Below, in pieces: positions 37,315 to 46,311 of a stretch of DNA of 64,000 nt (its first letter is position 1; every line of letters starts with the position of its first letter). The notes under the pieces are model-generated. The model made no database searches, was not told the origin of the DNA, and saw only the letters and a list, made by a program, of their open reading frames with translations. The stretch is from an uncultured Pseudomonadota bacterium. Lineage in GTDB: Bacteria; Pseudomonadota; Alphaproteobacteria; Acetobacterales; Acetobacteraceae. A program made the position numbers and the translations under genes. The DNA is taken from contig CAWHMO010000016.1 of the NCBI GenBank assembly GCA_963830565.1, positions 26,763-90,762 on the forward strand, read 5' to 3'.

Positions 37315-37431
37315 CCCGGACCGCCGGATACAAACGGGCAACCGGCGGGACGTTGCCGGGTCGTTCGCCGCCGCCTGACCCCGCGCTGCTTCTGATTGAC
37401 CCGCCAAGCTGCGTTACATAGGTTCCGCGAA

Positions 37432-39015
37432 ATGGCGGGAAACAAAACGGTGGCGGCAACGCCCAAGGCGTGGCCGTTCGAGGAGGCGGCGAAGGTCGCC
37501 GCGCGGCTGGCACGGTCGGGCAAGGCCGAGGCGCTGTTCGAGACCGGATACGGCCCCTCTGGCCTGCCGCATATCGGCACCTTCGGCGAGGTCGCGCGCA
37601 CCTCCTGGGTGCGGCACGCTTTTATCGAAATGACCGGCCTGGCGTCGCGACTGATCGCGTTCAGCGACGACATGGACGGGCTGCGCAAGGTGCCCGACAA
37701 CGTGCCGCACCGCGACATGCTGGCCCAGTATCTCGGCAAGCCGCTGACCCAAATCCCCGACCCGTTCGGCAGCCATGAGAGCTTCGGCGCGCACAATAAC
37801 GCCCGTCTGCGCGCCTTCCTTGATTCCTTCGGGTTCGACTACGAGTTCGCCTCCTCCACGGAATATTACCGCTCCGGCCGGTTCGACGCCGGGCTGTTGC
37901 GCGTGCTGGCGTGCTTCGACGCGGTGATGGCGGTGATCCTGCCGACACTGGGGCCGGAGCGCCGCGCCACCTACTCGCCGCTGCTGCCGATCCATCCCCG
38001 CACCGGCCGGGTGATGCAGGTGCCGATTGAACGGCGCGACGCCGCCTCCGGCACCATCGCCTGGAGCGATCCCGAGACCGGGGAAGCGTTCGAGACACCG
38101 GTGACAGGCGGGGCGTGCAAGCTGCAATGGAAGGCCGACTGGGCGATGCGGTGGTACGCGCTCGGCGTCGATTACGAGATGTCGGGCAAGGACCTGATCA
38201 ATTCCGTGCGCCTGTCGGGCCGCATCTGCCGCATCCTGGGCGGCACCCCGCCCGAGGGTTTCACCTACGAGTTGTTCCTCGACGAGCACGCGCAGAAGAT
38301 CAGCAAGTCCAAGGGCAACGGGCTCTCGGTCGAGGAGTGGCTGCGCTATGCCCCGCCGGAGGCACTGGGCCAGTTCATGTATCACCAGCCGCAGCGGGCC
38401 AAGCGGTTGTATTTCGACGTAATCCCGCGCGCGACGGACGAGTATATCGCCAACGCCGCGCGGCTCTGCCAGCAGACCGATGACGAGCGTCGGACCAATC
38501 CGGCCTGGCACATCCATGCCGGGCGGCTGCCGAACCAGGGCGGGAGCCCCGTTTCGTTCGCGATGCTGCTCAATCTGGCGAGCGTGGTGAACGCGGAGAC
38601 GCCGGCGATCCTGTGGGGCTTCATCCGCCGCTACAGCCCGGACGCCTCGCCCGAGACGATGCCCTTCCTCGATAAGCTGGTAGGGCACGCGATCGCCTAT
38701 TATCGCGATTTCGTCCGCCCGGCGAAGCGGTATCGCGAGCCCACCGCGATCGAGCGCGCCGCCCTGGCCGACCTCGCCGAGACGCTGCGCGGGATGGAGC
38801 CGAACGCCCACGCCGAGGCCATCCAGAACGCGGTCTACGAGATCGGCAAGCGCCATCCGTTCCCGGAGCTGCGCGCCTGGTTCGGCTGCCTGTATCAGGT
38901 GCTGCTCGGCCAGGCGGAAGGTCCGCGCTTCGGCGGATTTGTCGCGCTGTACGGGCTAGACGAGACAGTGGCCCTGATCGAAGCCGCGCTCGCGCGTTCC
39001 GCCGACGCCGCCTGA
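37432..39015 (+). CDS. lysK: lysine--tRNA ligase, class I
   Basis: [14 protein letters not shown] (HIGH-like) and KISKSKGNG (KMSKS). ATG 37432 gives about 527 aa; the table ORF starts at 37396. Confidence 0.9.
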   Translation: MAGNKTVAATPKAWPFEEAAKVAARLARSGKAEALFETGYGPSGLPHIGTFGEVARTSWVRHAFIEMTGLASRLIAFSDDMDGLRKVPDNVPHRDMLAQYLGKPLTQIPDPFGSHESFGAHNNARLRAFLDSFGFDYEFASSTEYYRSGRFDAGLLRVLACFDAVMAVILPTLGPERRATYSPLLPIHPRTGRVMQVPIERRDAASGTIAWSDPETGEAFETPVTGGACKLQWKADWAMRWYALGVDYEMSGKDLINSVRLSGRICRILGGTPPEGFTYELFLDEHAQKISKSKGNGLSVEEWLRYAPPEALGQFMYHQPQRAKRLYFDVIPRATDEYIANAARLCQQTDDERRTNPAWHIHAGRLPNQGGSPVSFAMLLNLASVVNAETPAILWGFIRRYSPDASPETMPFLDKLVGHAIAYYRDFVRPAKRYREPTAIERAALADLAETLRGMEPNAHAEAIQNAVYEIGKRHPFPELRAWFGCLYQVLLGQAEGPRFGGFVALYGLDETVALIEAALARSADAA

Positions 39016-39025
39016 TCCGGCTTCC

Positions 39026-41092
39026 GTGCCAGCTCGCATTTCCGCCCTCTCCCGCCGAGTCAACCGGACGGCGCGGCTCGCCCGCGTGACCCGGCACCTG
39101 CCGGCCGCGCTGGGCGTCCTGCTGCTGTTCGCGGCCGTCTATGCCGTGCAGAAGGAATTCCGCCACCTCCAGCTTGCCGATATCGGGCGCGCGATCCGCG
39201 CCATCCCGCCTCGTCCGCTGGTGCTGGGGTTTCTCTGCACGGTGCTCGCCTATGGCGTGCTCACGCTGTACGACCGGCTGGGCACGATCTATGCGGGCCA
39301 CCGGCTCGGTTACGGTCGGGTGGCATTCGCGTCTTTCTGCGCCTTCGCGCTGTCGCACAATCTGGGATTCGCGGCGGTCTCCGGCGCGGCGGTGCGCTAT
39401 CGCCTCTATTCCCATTGGGGTCTGACGCCGGTCGAGATCGGCAAGACGATCGCATTCTGCAGCCTGACCTTCGGCCTGGGCGGGATGGTGCTGGGCGGGT
39501 CCATCCTGCTCGGAATGCCGACCGCTCTGCCCTATGTGGGCGAGCACGTGCCGCCTTGGGCGCTGTACGCGGTGGGCGCCCTGCTGTGGATCGTGGTCCT
39601 GCTTTATCTCGCCCTGGCTGCCCTGCTCGGCACCTTTCGCGTGCGCGGACACAACGTGACATTGCCGGATCTGCCCATGGCGCTGCTCCAGGTGGGGCTG
39701 GCGGCGGCGGACGTTGCCGTCACGGCGAGCATCCTCTGGGTGCTTCTGCCGCCCGCGCCCCGGCTCGACTGGCTGCTGTTCCTGGGCGTGTATCTGGCCG
39801 CGTTCAGCGCCGGGCTCGCCGCCAACCTGCCGGGCGGACTGGGCGTGTTCGACACCGCCCTTCTATTCGGCCTGTCCCCGTTTCTGCCAGCCTCGCCCAT
39901 CATCGCCGCCATCGCGGTGTTCCGGCTCTACTTCTACGTGATCCCGTTGTTCCTGGCGGGGGCCCTGTTCGCCGCCAACGAGGCACTGATGCGGCGCGAC
40001 TGGCGGGCGCCCGCGCGCGGACCGCGCTGGAGCGAGCCGGACTTCGCCGCCGCCGCGGCCAGCGGGGCGGTGGCGCTGTCCGGAGTGCTGCTGCTCGGGC
40101 TCGGGCTTCTGGCCCCCCGAAGCGTGCCGCCGCCCTCAGGTCAGATCGCCGACATCGCCCGCCAGGCCGGGCAGTTTGTGCCCTCGCTGATCGGCGCCGG
40201 GCTGGTGGTCATGGCCATGGGCCTGATCCGGCGGGTGAACCTGGCGTGGAGTGGCGCCCTGGTGCTGCTGGTCGCCGGCGCGGGCTTCATCCTGGGCGAG
40301 GGCGAGCGGATGTGGCCGATTGGCGTGCTCATTCTCGCCACCCTGGTCCTGGCGCCGTTCCGCGGCTTTTTCTACCGCCCTGCCCGCCTGCTCAGCGCCA
40401 AGCTGGACCGCACGAGTGTCCTGTCGCTGCTCGCGCTCGCGGCTTGCGGGCTCGCGCTCGCCGGCTTTCGGCGCCGGGTCCATGGGATGACCAACAACGC
40501 GTTCTGGGAGGTGCTGCTGTCACCCGCGATGTCCTGGCCCTTGCGCGCCAGCCTCGCCCTGGTGGTTGCCTTGGCGCTGACCGCCGTGTGGCTGCTGCTG
40601 CGTCCGGGGCGGATCGGCTGGCGCCCCTGGGACGTGGAGGCGCGGCTCCGGCTGATGATGCTGGGTGTTCGTCCGCCCGCGCATGCGGATGGCATCCTGT
40701 ACGGCGAGGCGGAGCGCGCCGCCGTGCCGTTCCGCCGGCTGGACGGGCTGCTGCTGGCGCTGGGCGATCCGGCGGGGGCGGAGGCGGATCGGATCTCGGC
40801 GGTATGGCGACTGCGCGACCTCGCCCGCCAGGAGGGGCGCGATCCGGCAATCTATCGCGCCGGATCGCGGCTGTTGAAGGTGTACAACGATCTTGGCCTG
40901 ACGGCGCTGCCGCTGGGGCCTGACGGGCTGCCGGTGCGAGAGGGCTCGCCGGCGTCGCGCGCCAGCCAGCACTATCTGGTCTGCGTCGCCGAACGCGACT
41001 ACGCCGCGCTCTATCCGCTGCTCCCGACGCTGGAGGCGGAGAACGCGATCACGCCCCCGCCGCGCGGCGGGGGAACAGCACCGTCGTCGTGA
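39026..41092 (+). CDS. mprF: MprF-like lysyl-phosphatidylglycerol flippase/synthase, C-terminally short
   Basis: Multi-TM N-terminal region with LTLYDRLG...NLGFAAVSGAAVRYRLYSHWGL. The soluble tail starts like the DUF2156 synthase domain (LLLALGDPAGAE...AIYRAGSRLLKVYNDLGL). It ends after about 160 aa and overlaps the convergent maoC gene by 44 nt. Confidence 0.75.
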   Translation: MPARISALSRRVNRTARLARVTRHLPAALGVLLLFAAVYAVQKEFRHLQLADIGRAIRAIPPRPLVLGFLCTVLAYGVLTLYDRLGTIYAGHRLGYGRVAFASFCAFALSHNLGFAAVSGAAVRYRLYSHWGLTPVEIGKTIAFCSLTFGLGGMVLGGSILLGMPTALPYVGEHVPPWALYAVGALLWIVVLLYLALAALLGTFRVRGHNVTLPDLPMALLQVGLAAADVAVTASILWVLLPPAPRLDWLLFLGVYLAAFSAGLAANLPGGLGVFDTALLFGLSPFLPASPIIAAIAVFRLYFYVIPLFLAGALFAANEALMRRDWRAPARGPRWSEPDFAAAAASGAVALSGVLLLGLGLLAPRSVPPPSGQIADIARQAGQFVPSLIGAGLVVMAMGLIRRVNLAWSGALVLLVAGAGFILGEGERMWPIGVLILATLVLAPFRGFFYRPARLLSAKLDRTSVLSLLALAACGLALAGFRRRVHGMTNNAFWEVLLSPAMSWPLRASLALVVALALTAVWLLLRPGRIGWRPWDVEARLRLMMLGVRPPAHADGILYGEAERAAVPFRRLDGLLLALGDPAGAEADRISAVWRLRDLARQEGRDPAIYRAGSRLLKVYNDLGLTALPLGPDGLPVREGSPASRASQHYLVCVAERDYAALYPLLPTLEAENAITPPPRGGGTAPSS

Positions 41093-41513
41093 ATCGCTGC
41101 ACCGGTTCGTCGCGCTGATTGAGCGTGGCGCAGCGATAGGTGACGACACCGGCACCAGGGCGAGAGCGGGAGATACGCGCAGCCAGGATCTCGATCTCGA
41201 TCCGGAGCGCGTCACCAGCCTGGACCGGGCGAAGCCAGCGCAGTTCCTCCACCCCCGCGCCCATCCCGCCGCGCGCGATCGGCATGGTCTCGCTGATCAG
41301 CCGCATGGTGACAGCCCCGGTATGCCAGCCGCTCGCGCAGAACACGCCGAACATGCTGGAGGCTGCGGTCTCTTCCGAGAGGTGCGCGGGATGAAGGTCG
41401 AACTGGCGCGCGAAGGCGGTGATGCTGTCGCGATCCATCGCGATGGCGCGCGCCGAGCGCAGCACCAGCCCCGGATGCACGTCCTCGAAAAAGAAGGTCT
41501 TGCCTGGCCGCAC
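41049..41513 (-). CDS. MaoC-family (R)-hydratase/dehydratase
   Basis: 154 aa hot-dog fold pattern (FDLHPAHLSEE..., ASGWHT, RWLRPVQAGD). Confidence 0.8.
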   Translation of the reverse strand: MRPGKTFFFEDVHPGLVLRSARAIAMDRDSITAFARQFDLHPAHLSEETAASSMFGVFCASGWHTGAVTMRLISETMPIARGGMGAGVEELRWLRPVQAGDALRIEIEILAARISRSRPGAGVVTYRCATLNQRDEPVQRFTTTVLFPRRAAGA

Positions 41514-41586
41514 CTGCGTCTCTTGTCCGTTCCGGAACGACGAGGTTTAGCCGATAATCGCGACTCGCGCACCCTCAGGAGCAAAG

Positions 41587-42849
41587 ATGTCCGAGTTCGC
41601 CGCCCCACTTGCCGCAGTGGCCGCCTTCATTGCGGTGTACCTGCTGTTGCGCGCGGGGCAGGAGATCCAGCGCCTGCGCATCCTGGCCGAACAAAACCTG
41701 GCTGGTCAGCGCGCCGAATCCGAGACGACGCGCATGGCTATGATGGGAATGGCCAGCGAGGCAGCCGAGCGCATGTCGGCGCTGCGTGGCGCGATGGAAA
41801 TCGGCATCGAGCAGCTTCGCACCGTGCTCTCGCGCGGGCACGGCGAGCTGCGGCTGGCATTGGCCGAGGAGCAGCAACGCGGCGCCTCTGACATGCTGCG
41901 CCAGTCCGAGGCGACCCGCACGCTGCTGGAGACCAAGATTGCCGAAATCCAGCGCACGGTGAACGAGCAGCTGCACGCCGCGGTGGAAAAGCAGATGAAC
42001 GACAGCTTCGCGCGTGTGATCGACCAGTTCGCGGCGGTGCAGAAGGCGATGGGGGACGTGCAGGCCGTGACCGCCCAGATCGGCGACATCAAGCGGCTGT
42101 TCTCGAATGTCAAGACACGCGGCGGCTGGGGCGAGGCGCAGGTGCGCGCGCTTCTGGACGATATCCTGCCGCCTGGCAGCTACGAGACGAACTGCCGGGT
42201 GCGTCCTGACAGCGATGACGCGGTCGAGTTCGCGGTGCGGATGCCGGCGCGCGGGACCGCGCCGGCGCTGCTGCTGCCGATCGATGCCAAATTCCCCGTC
42301 GAAGATTACGAGCGTATCCTGAGCGCCTCCGAGGCGGGCGACGCCGAGGCCGAGCGCGCCGCCCGCAAGGGCCTGGAGCGCACGGTCCGCGAACAGGCCC
42401 GCAGGATCGCGACGAAATACATTGCCCCCCCGGCAACGGTCGAGTTCGCGGTGATGTATCTGCCGACCGACGGGCTGTTCGCCGAGGTGGCCCGCCTCCC
42501 CGGCGCGATCGACGAGATCGGCCGCGCATGCCGCGTCCTCGTGTTGGGACCGAGCCTGTTCCCCGCGCTGCTGCGCACCATCCATCTCGGGATCGTCAGC
42601 CTCACGCTGGAGCAGAAGGCCGATCAGGTGCGCGACCTGCTCGGCGCGACCCGGACGGAGATGCTGCGTATGGACGAGATCCTGGCCAAGCTGCTGAAGA
42701 ACGCCGGCGCGATGGCCAACACGATCGAGGCCGCCCGCCGCCGCACCCGCGCCGTGCAGAAGGTGCTGCGCGGCGTGGAGGCGGTGGACGCGGTGCGGGC
42801 CGACGCGATGCTGGAGATGGATACGGAGGCGGAGATCGAAGAGGCGTGA
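41587..42849 (+). CDS. rmuC: DNA recombination protein RmuC
   Basis: N-terminal TM helix, coiled coil, and the RmuC nuclease-like C-terminus (GGWGEAQVRALLDDILP...DAKFPVEDYE...AVMYLPTDGLFAE). Confidence 0.88.
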   Translation: MSEFAAPLAAVAAFIAVYLLLRAGQEIQRLRILAEQNLAGQRAESETTRMAMMGMASEAAERMSALRGAMEIGIEQLRTVLSRGHGELRLALAEEQQRGASDMLRQSEATRTLLETKIAEIQRTVNEQLHAAVEKQMNDSFARVIDQFAAVQKAMGDVQAVTAQIGDIKRLFSNVKTRGGWGEAQVRALLDDILPPGSYETNCRVRPDSDDAVEFAVRMPARGTAPALLLPIDAKFPVEDYERILSASEAGDAEAERAARKGLERTVREQARRIATKYIAPPATVEFAVMYLPTDGLFAEVARLPGAIDEIGRACRVLVLGPSLFPALLRTIHLGIVSLTLEQKADQVRDLLGATRTEMLRMDEILAKLLKNAGAMANTIEAARRRTRAVQKVLRGVEAVDAVRADAMLEMDTEAEIEEA

Positions 42850-42892
42850 GACAACACCTCCCTCGCCTATTCTAGGCGCGGTGTTCCATTAG

Positions 42893-43216
42893 ATCTTCTC
42901 TGAATCTCCGATGGGTCTTTTCCCGCGCGGCTATGATGCCGGAAAGAAGGTGCTCGGCCGCAAGCGGCACGCGATGGTCGACACCGATGGCCGCCCGCTG
43001 GTGCTGCAAGTGCATCCCGCCTCCGTCCAGGACCGCGACGGTGCCGTCCCGCTGCTGAAGACGTCTCGTCGCAGCTTTCCCTTTGTCGAGCGTGCCTTTG
43101 CCGACACCGCCTATGCGGCCGAGCGCGTCGCCGACGCCACCTGCATCGCCATCGAGATCGTCCGCAAACCCGCTGATCAGGTCGGCTTTGCCGTCCATCC
43201 GCGCCGCTGGGTGGTG
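42893..43216 (+). pseudogene. IS5-family DDE transposase gene remnant, part 1 (5'-truncated, interrupted)
   Basis: PRGYDAGKKVLGRKRHAMVDTDGRPLVLQVHPASVQDRDG...FADTAYAAE...HPRRWVV matches the IS5-family catalytic region. Homology stops abruptly at 43216. Confidence 0.8.
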
Positions 43217-43236
43217 ATCGACTGTACAAATTTGCC
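43216..43236. repeat. left terminal inverted repeat of the serine-recombinase element
   Basis: GATCGACTGTACAAATTTGCC compared with the reverse complement of the right end, GATCGACTGTACAATCTTGCC: 19 of 21 positions are identical. Confidence 0.8.
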
Positions 43237-43357
43237 AAGCCGAGTTTCGAGTGGCTGGAGGCCATCGCGCGCGAGGAACTGCGTGCTCTGGGGTATGCGT
43301 GCCGCCAGGCTGGGTTGAGGCTCCATCGGCTGCCCCCGCCGCCCGGGGGGTCTGCCG

Positions 43358-43555
43358 ATGGAGGAGCGAATGGTCCAAGCCAAGGATCACCCTCGCTTGG
43401 AGCTGCGGGAGTTGTTCGAGACGACCCGATTGGGCCCGCAGTGCCTGATCAAAGCCTACGTCCACTTGATCCCGATCCGGCGCGTGAAGGCCGGATGCAC
43501 CGGGCAGGAACGAGCGGACGCGCTGTCGCGAAAGAGCGGAGGTAAGCATGCCTGA
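43358..43555 (+). CDS. hypothetical 65-aa ORF inside the element, overlapping the recombinase start
   Basis: MEERMVQAKDHPRLELRELFETTRLGPQCLIKAYVHLIPIRR.... I recognise no family. A G6 run just upstream (about 43335-43345) could hide a longer ORF (FAKPSFEWLEAIAREELRALGY...). Confidence 0.3.
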   Translation: MEERMVQAKDHPRLELRELFETTRLGPQCLIKAYVHLIPIRRVKAGCTGQERADALSRKSGGKHA

Positions 43556-45217
43556 GCGTCATGTCGCGTTCTATGCGCGCGTCTCGACCGAGAGCCAGGC
43601 GCACGACAACACCATTGCCAGTCAGGTGAGCGCTCTTCGCGAGCGGATCGCCGCCGATGGCGGGCAACTCGAGCCCGATCACGCCTACACTGATGAGGGT
43701 TACAGCGGCTCTGTCCTGATCCGCCCGGCGCTGGAGCGGCTGCGCGATGCGGTAGCGGCCGCGAGCATCCAGCAGATCTACGTTCTCGCGCCCGATCGCC
43801 TTGCCCGCCGCTATGCCCATCAGGCCTTGCTGATGGAGGAGTTCCATCGTGCGGGCGCCGAGGTGGTGTTCCTGAACCGGCCGATCGGCGGCACGGCCGA
43901 GGACGATCTCTTGTTGCAGATGCAGGGTGTGATCGCCGAGTACCGAGCGTGCCAAGATCCTGGAGCGAGGCCGGCGGGGACGCCGTCACGCGGCGCGTTC
44001 GGGGCTGCTCAGCGCGTTCACCACCGCCCCGTTTGGCTATCGCTACGTGCCCAAGGATCAGGGCGGCGGGATGGCGCGCTTCGAAGTGATTCCGGATGAG
44101 GCCCGCTTCGTGCGGCTCATCTTCGCCTGGATCGGGTTGGAGCGGCTGAGCCTGCGCGAAGTCTGCCGCCGCTTGCAGCAGGCCGGCGTTCCCAACCGAC
44201 GAGGACAGGGGCTGTGGTATGCCTCGACCTTGCACGGCATGCTGACCAACACGGCCTATATCGGGCGGGCCGTCTATGGCCATTCCCGCTACCTGCCTGC
44301 GCGCCCGCGCTCGCGGCCGATCCGGGGGCATCCCCATCCTCCCGTGCGCCCGACGGCGCGCGTCGCTGTGTCACGCGAGGAGTGGATCGAGGTGCCCGTG
44401 CCTGCGTTGGTTGACGAAGCGGTGTTCGCGGCGGCTCGGGCCCAACTCGTCGAGAATCGCCAACGCAAACGCGACGGCCTGCGCGGCCCCCGCTGGCTGT
44501 TGCAGGGACTGACCGTGTGTCGCCAGTGCGGGTATACCTATTATGGCAAGGCCCTCCCGAGGTCGCGTGCGGATCCCTCGAAATGCGGGTATCGCCAGTA
44601 TCGCTGCCTGGGCACGGACGGGTATCGGTTCGGTGGCACCGCACCGTGTAGCAACAGGACCGTCCGAGCCGAGCATCTCGAGCAGGCTGTATGGGAGCGA
44701 GTGTGCGCCCTTCTACAGAACCCCAGCAGGGTTGGAGATGAATACCGACGCCGGGTGCGCCAGGCAGGCGAGGGCGCCGTCAAGTCGGACGAACTGGTGC
44801 AGCTTGAGCGACAAAGGGCAGCCCTGCAGCGCGGAATTGGGCGGCTGATCGACAGCTATGCCGCTGGCGTGATCGATCGTTCCGAGTTCGAGCCGCGCAT
44901 CACCGGGCTCAAAGCGCGCGTCGCTCAGTTGCAGGAGCAACAGCGGGCAGCGGCTGACGTGGCGAACGCGGAGCGTGAGCTGACGCTGGTTATCGGTCAG
45001 CTCGAGGATTTCGCCAGCAAGGTCCGCCACAGCCTGGAGAGCCTCGACTGGCTCAGCATACGGGAAATCATCCGAACCCTCGTCCGGCGGATCGAGATCG
45101 ACGGCGATCAGGTCGAAGTCATCTTTCGGGTTCCCCCACCGGTCGGCTCCGGCGGCCCATCTTGGCCCGGTCCGGCCAGCGGCGAACCACCAGCCAGGCA
45201 AGATTGTACAGTCGATC
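43548..45217 (+). pseudogene. large serine recombinase (resolvase domain + recombinase domain + Zn-ribbon + coiled coil), one frameshift, no in-element stop
   Basis: GGAGG lies 6 nt upstream of ATG 43548. AFYARVSTESQ carries the catalytic Ser. The frame switches after ...GVIAEY at 43943-43946 and resumes as ERAKILERGRRG...FGYRY... in ORF 44047..45921. CRQCGYTYYGK...YRCLG is the Zn ribbon. The ORF stays open through the right end. Confidence 0.8.
45197..45217. repeat. right terminal inverted repeat of the serine-recombinase element
   Basis: GGCAAGATTGTACAGTCGATC. See the left repeat. Confidence 0.8.
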
Positions 45218-45355
45218 GTCGAGAGGACGATCGGTTGGCTCAACCGCTGTCGCCGCCTCGCCAAGGACTTCGAGACTACCATCGAGTCCGCGACAGCCTT
45301 CCTCTACGCCGCCTCAGCCATGCTCCTCATCAGGCGCATTGCTCGTTGCACATGA
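45218..45355 (+). pseudogene. IS5-family transposase gene remnant, part 2 (C-terminus)
   Basis: The same coordinate frame as part 1 reads VERTIGWLNRCRRLAKDFETTIESATAFLYAASAMLLIRRIARCT*, the canonical IS5-family C-terminal tail. TGA at 45353-45355. Confidence 0.8.
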
Positions 45356-45369
45356 GTTCAGAGTCAACT

Positions 45370-46152
45370 TTAGGTGGGGAGCATCCCAGCGCCTGCGGAA
45401 GCCTGGCCGATGATGACGTTGCCAGAAACGCTCCTGCCAAACAGGCTGGCGTTGTGCAGGCTTATGTCGATCGCCTGGGTGGTGATGCCTACTGGCGTGA
45501 TCGTCTTGTCGAGTCCGTTGGAGATGAGGTCGGATACAGTTTGCCGATCGAGGGTCACGGTGACGATCGGGCTCGAGAACAGAACCGTATTGGGCGCGGC
45601 GTCGCCCGAGAACGTCAGGGTCTTTCCGATCAAGGCTCCGCTCAGGCTCAGCGAGCCAAAGCCAGCCTCGCCGCTGACGAAACTCCTGTCCATTCCGTAG
45701 ATATGCGAATACGTCGCACTCGAATGGATGTGGCTTGCCGAGACCGACAATCCCAGCAGCGAGAGAATGCCGCGAGGGAGCAAAGGATTATCGGTGAGCA
45801 GGAATTCGGCCGACCCGACGCTCGCCTCACCGGTCGCGGAAACGGAATCAATGCCCATCCCGGCGGAGGTCGCGTTCGTGCCGAGTCCCGTGGCGTGGAT
45901 CTGCAAGGTCGGATTAAGTGAACTTCCGGGCTCGAGGCTGAGGGTCTGGTCCAGGTGGTCCACGATCTGGGCTTTGTCATAGGTGGGTGGGGCACTACCT
46001 TCGACATGGGCGATCGGACCGAAATCGAGCGCCTTACCACCGGGGGCAAGATGAACGGCAAGTCCGTCTGCAGAACTCGATGCGATTGACACCGGGGTGG
46101 TCCGAGGTATCGGCGGTATCGCGGGCGGCATTTCCGGGAGGGAGGTGGACAT
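45370..46152 (-). CDS. hypothetical protein (260 aa), Ser/Thr/Gly-rich, beta-rich appearance
   Basis: ATG ORF preceded by AAGGTGA, with moderately lower G+C. I see no signal peptide or family. Its stop lies 15 nt from the IS5 remnant. Confidence 0.5.
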   Translation of the reverse strand: MSTSLPEMPPAIPPIPRTTPVSIASSSADGLAVHLAPGGKALDFGPIAHVEGSAPPTYDKAQIVDHLDQTLSLEPGSSLNPTLQIHATGLGTNATSAGMGIDSVSATGEASVGSAEFLLTDNPLLPRGILSLLGLSVSASHIHSSATYSHIYGMDRSFVSGEAGFGSLSLSGALIGKTLTFSGDAAPNTVLFSSPIVTVTLDRQTVSDLISNGLDKTITPVGITTQAIDISLHNASLFGRSVSGNVIIGQASAGAGMLPT

Positions 46153-46249
46153 CGCTCACCTTGTTGCTGATTTGAAACTTACGCGACCTCCTCCTAACTC
46201 ACGTTACCGTGAAGGGCTACTTAAAAACCGCACCTCCCCGGAATTCGGC

Positions 46250-46277
46250 AAAGCCCCGCCATTGCTGGCGGGGCTTT
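46250..46277 (-). terminator. rho-independent terminator downstream of glnA (bidirectional hairpin)
   Basis: AAAGCCCCGCC-attgct-GGCGGGGCTTT forms a perfect 11-bp stem, with T-rich flanks on both strands, about 35 nt after the glnA stop. Confidence 0.6.
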
Positions 46278-46311
46278 CGGTTGTAGGCGGCTTCGTCGCC
46301 GTAGGCGCTGC

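Larger units (their letters stand above)
43217..45217 (+). mobile_element. 2.0-kb insertion carrying only a large serine recombinase (plus a 65-codon ORF), bounded by 21-bp inverted repeats
   Basis: It splits the IS5 transposase ORF in frame (2001 bp). Joining 43216 to 45218 restores ...HPRRWVV|VERTIGWLNRCRRLAKDFE.... See the terminal repeats at 43216-43236 and 45197-45217. Confidence 0.75.

Noticed and set aside
37318-37350. Hairpin CCGCCGG-N14-CCGGCGG after hcp as a terminator
   Set aside because: The stem is only 7 bp with a 14-nt loop and no T-tract.
37390-37425. Sigma-70 promoter (TTGACC ... TACATA/TAGGTT) upstream of lysK
   Set aside because: The spacer is either 13 nt or leads to a poor -10 element, so the evidence is too weak to annotate.
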